Part shown: positions 62,553-64,000 of the stretch, in pieces
Layout of the letters: each line of letters starts with the position of its first letter
Numbering within the stretch: the stretch's first letter is position 1
DNA from: Eledone cirrhosa
Taxonomy: Eukaryota
Direction: 5' to 3'
DNA: 64,000 nt
Assembly: GCA_964016885.1 (NCBI GenBank)
Contig: OZ024766.1
Coordinates: forward strand, 5,766,001-5,830,000
Program-made: the position numbers and the translations under genes
Notes under the pieces: generated by a model
Database searches by the model: none
Seen by the model: the letters and a program-made list of their open reading frames with translations, nothing else
Told to the model about the DNA's origin: nothing

Positions 62553-63160
62553 GTCAGGTCACCAGTTGATGCTACTGGTAACATGTATCCCAGTACAACC
62601 TGTCGCATGGTCGGGTCATTGGCGACTAAACTGGCAACCCCACCAAGGTTTCTTGGTGAGGAGGGTGACTTTGGACATCCTGCAGGACTAAAAATAAAAC
62701 CTGTTAAAGGGCAAAGGAGCTCTTAAGAGTCAATGGCCATCCAAAATCACCGGGAGAGATGACCCCTTAGCCTTTGTCAAGGCAGAATTCTAGAAGGAAA
62801 ACTCTGATATAACACCTGCAACCCTGATGGTATCCAATGATGTTGACTTGTTCTTCTTTTTGGTAAATATCATCTTGGTTAAGAGAGTGGGACTGGCTTT
62901 GTGCAGTGCCTTTGCTCACTATAAAAGCTTCACGGCACAGGCATTGCTTTATATCTGGAGATCTCTCTGCACTTGTCGTCACATGATACCATGGGCCCAG
63001 CACTATGTGTCAATAATTGTCACAAGTGTAGTGTTTGTACCAGAGTTTTCAAGTCGCTGGCTGGACTAAAAAGTCACACTCGTTCAGCGCATCGGTGGGG
63101 GTTCTCCTACATGGATATAAAGTAGTGGCCGTACTCGAAAACGAGTTGGCAGCCACCATA
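62553..63160 (+). mobile_element. Non-autonomous (internally deleted) RTE-like element
   Basis: A 5'-UTR-like segment is joined to a C2H2-like C-terminus and 3' tail; its 3' 410 bp match 23004-23415. Confidence 0.6.
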
Positions 63161-63184
63161 TGCATGTGTATGTATATATACTTA

Positions 63185-64000
63185 CTTCTCAATAGTCTTG
63201 GTTCATTGCACATCCAGCTAAGCAAGATTGCTACATTTCTCTGCAGTACTCAGGGAGAAACCTTTTGTTGTCAACAGTGGAGGCAGCTCTCTAAACTTCT
63301 TCCATACTATCCTTATTCTAGCTGTTATACTCTCTTTAGTCTCCACTGCAGGCACAGCCCATGTAGCACCACATGTCCTCTGCAGTCACAACCCATGTTT
63401 CACTATCATGCAGCACCACATGTCCTCTGCAGTCACAGCCCATGTTTCACCACCATGCAGCACCACATGTCCTCTGCAGTCACAACCCATGTTTCACTGC
63501 CATGCAGCAGCACATGTCCTCTGCAGTCACAGCCCATGTTTCACTATCATGCAGCACCACATGTCCTCTGCAGTCACAACCCATGTTTCACTATCATGCA
63601 GCACCACATGTCCTCTGCAGTCACAGCCCATGTTTCACCACCATGCAGCACCACATGTCCTCTGCAGTCACAACCCATGTTTCACTGCCATGCAGCAGCA
63701 CATGTCCTCTGCAGTCACAGCCCATGTTTCACTATCATGCAGCACCACATGTCCTCTGCAGTCACAACCCATGTTTCACTATCATGCAGCACCACATGTC
63801 CTCTGCAGTCACAGCCCATGTTTCACCACCATGCAGCACCACATGTCCTCTGCAGTCACATCCCATGTTTCACCACCATACAGCAGCACATGTCCTCTGC
63901 AGTCACAGCCCATGTTTCACTGCCATGTAGCACCACATGTCCTCTGCAGTCACAGCCCATGTTTCACCACCATGTAGCACCACATGTCCTCTGCAGTCAC
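63185..64000 (-). mobile_element. RTE ORF2 fragment plus a 47-bp minisatellite derived from its GSETW motif
   Basis: Minus frame reads SITARIRIVWKKFRELPPLLTTKGFSL. The tandem unit (63394, 63441, ...) reads VLH(G/D)SETW(A/V)VTAEDM on the minus strand and runs off the window. Confidence 0.8.

Overview
Eukaryotic, AT-rich, extremely microsatellite- and retroelement-rich animal DNA. The repeat landscape (tRNA-derived SINEs, RTE-type LINEs, huge (TA)n fields) suggests a cephalopod such as Octopus; this is an inference. Two genes lie on the minus strand. (1) A complete spliced endosomal Qa-SNARE gene of the syntaxin-7/12 family was reconstructed by hand from GT-AG, phase-consistent exons (ATG at 54336). 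It has two mutually exclusive terminal exons encoding different transmembrane anchors: 39474-39581 gives 288 aa and 33954-34046 gives 283 aa. (2) A ~9.7-kb uninterrupted coding exon (1164-10893) encodes an unidentified low-complexity Gly/Ser, poly-Q, poly-H, poly-N protein. The rest is introns and intergenic DNA with RTE, CR1-like and Tx1-like LINE fragments, two SINE families and MITEs. Many minisatellites are visibly amplified pieces of those retroelements. Several palindromic elements carry type I hammerhead-ribozyme cores, as in Penelope-like elements. Most ORFs in the supplied track are artefacts of simple repeats.
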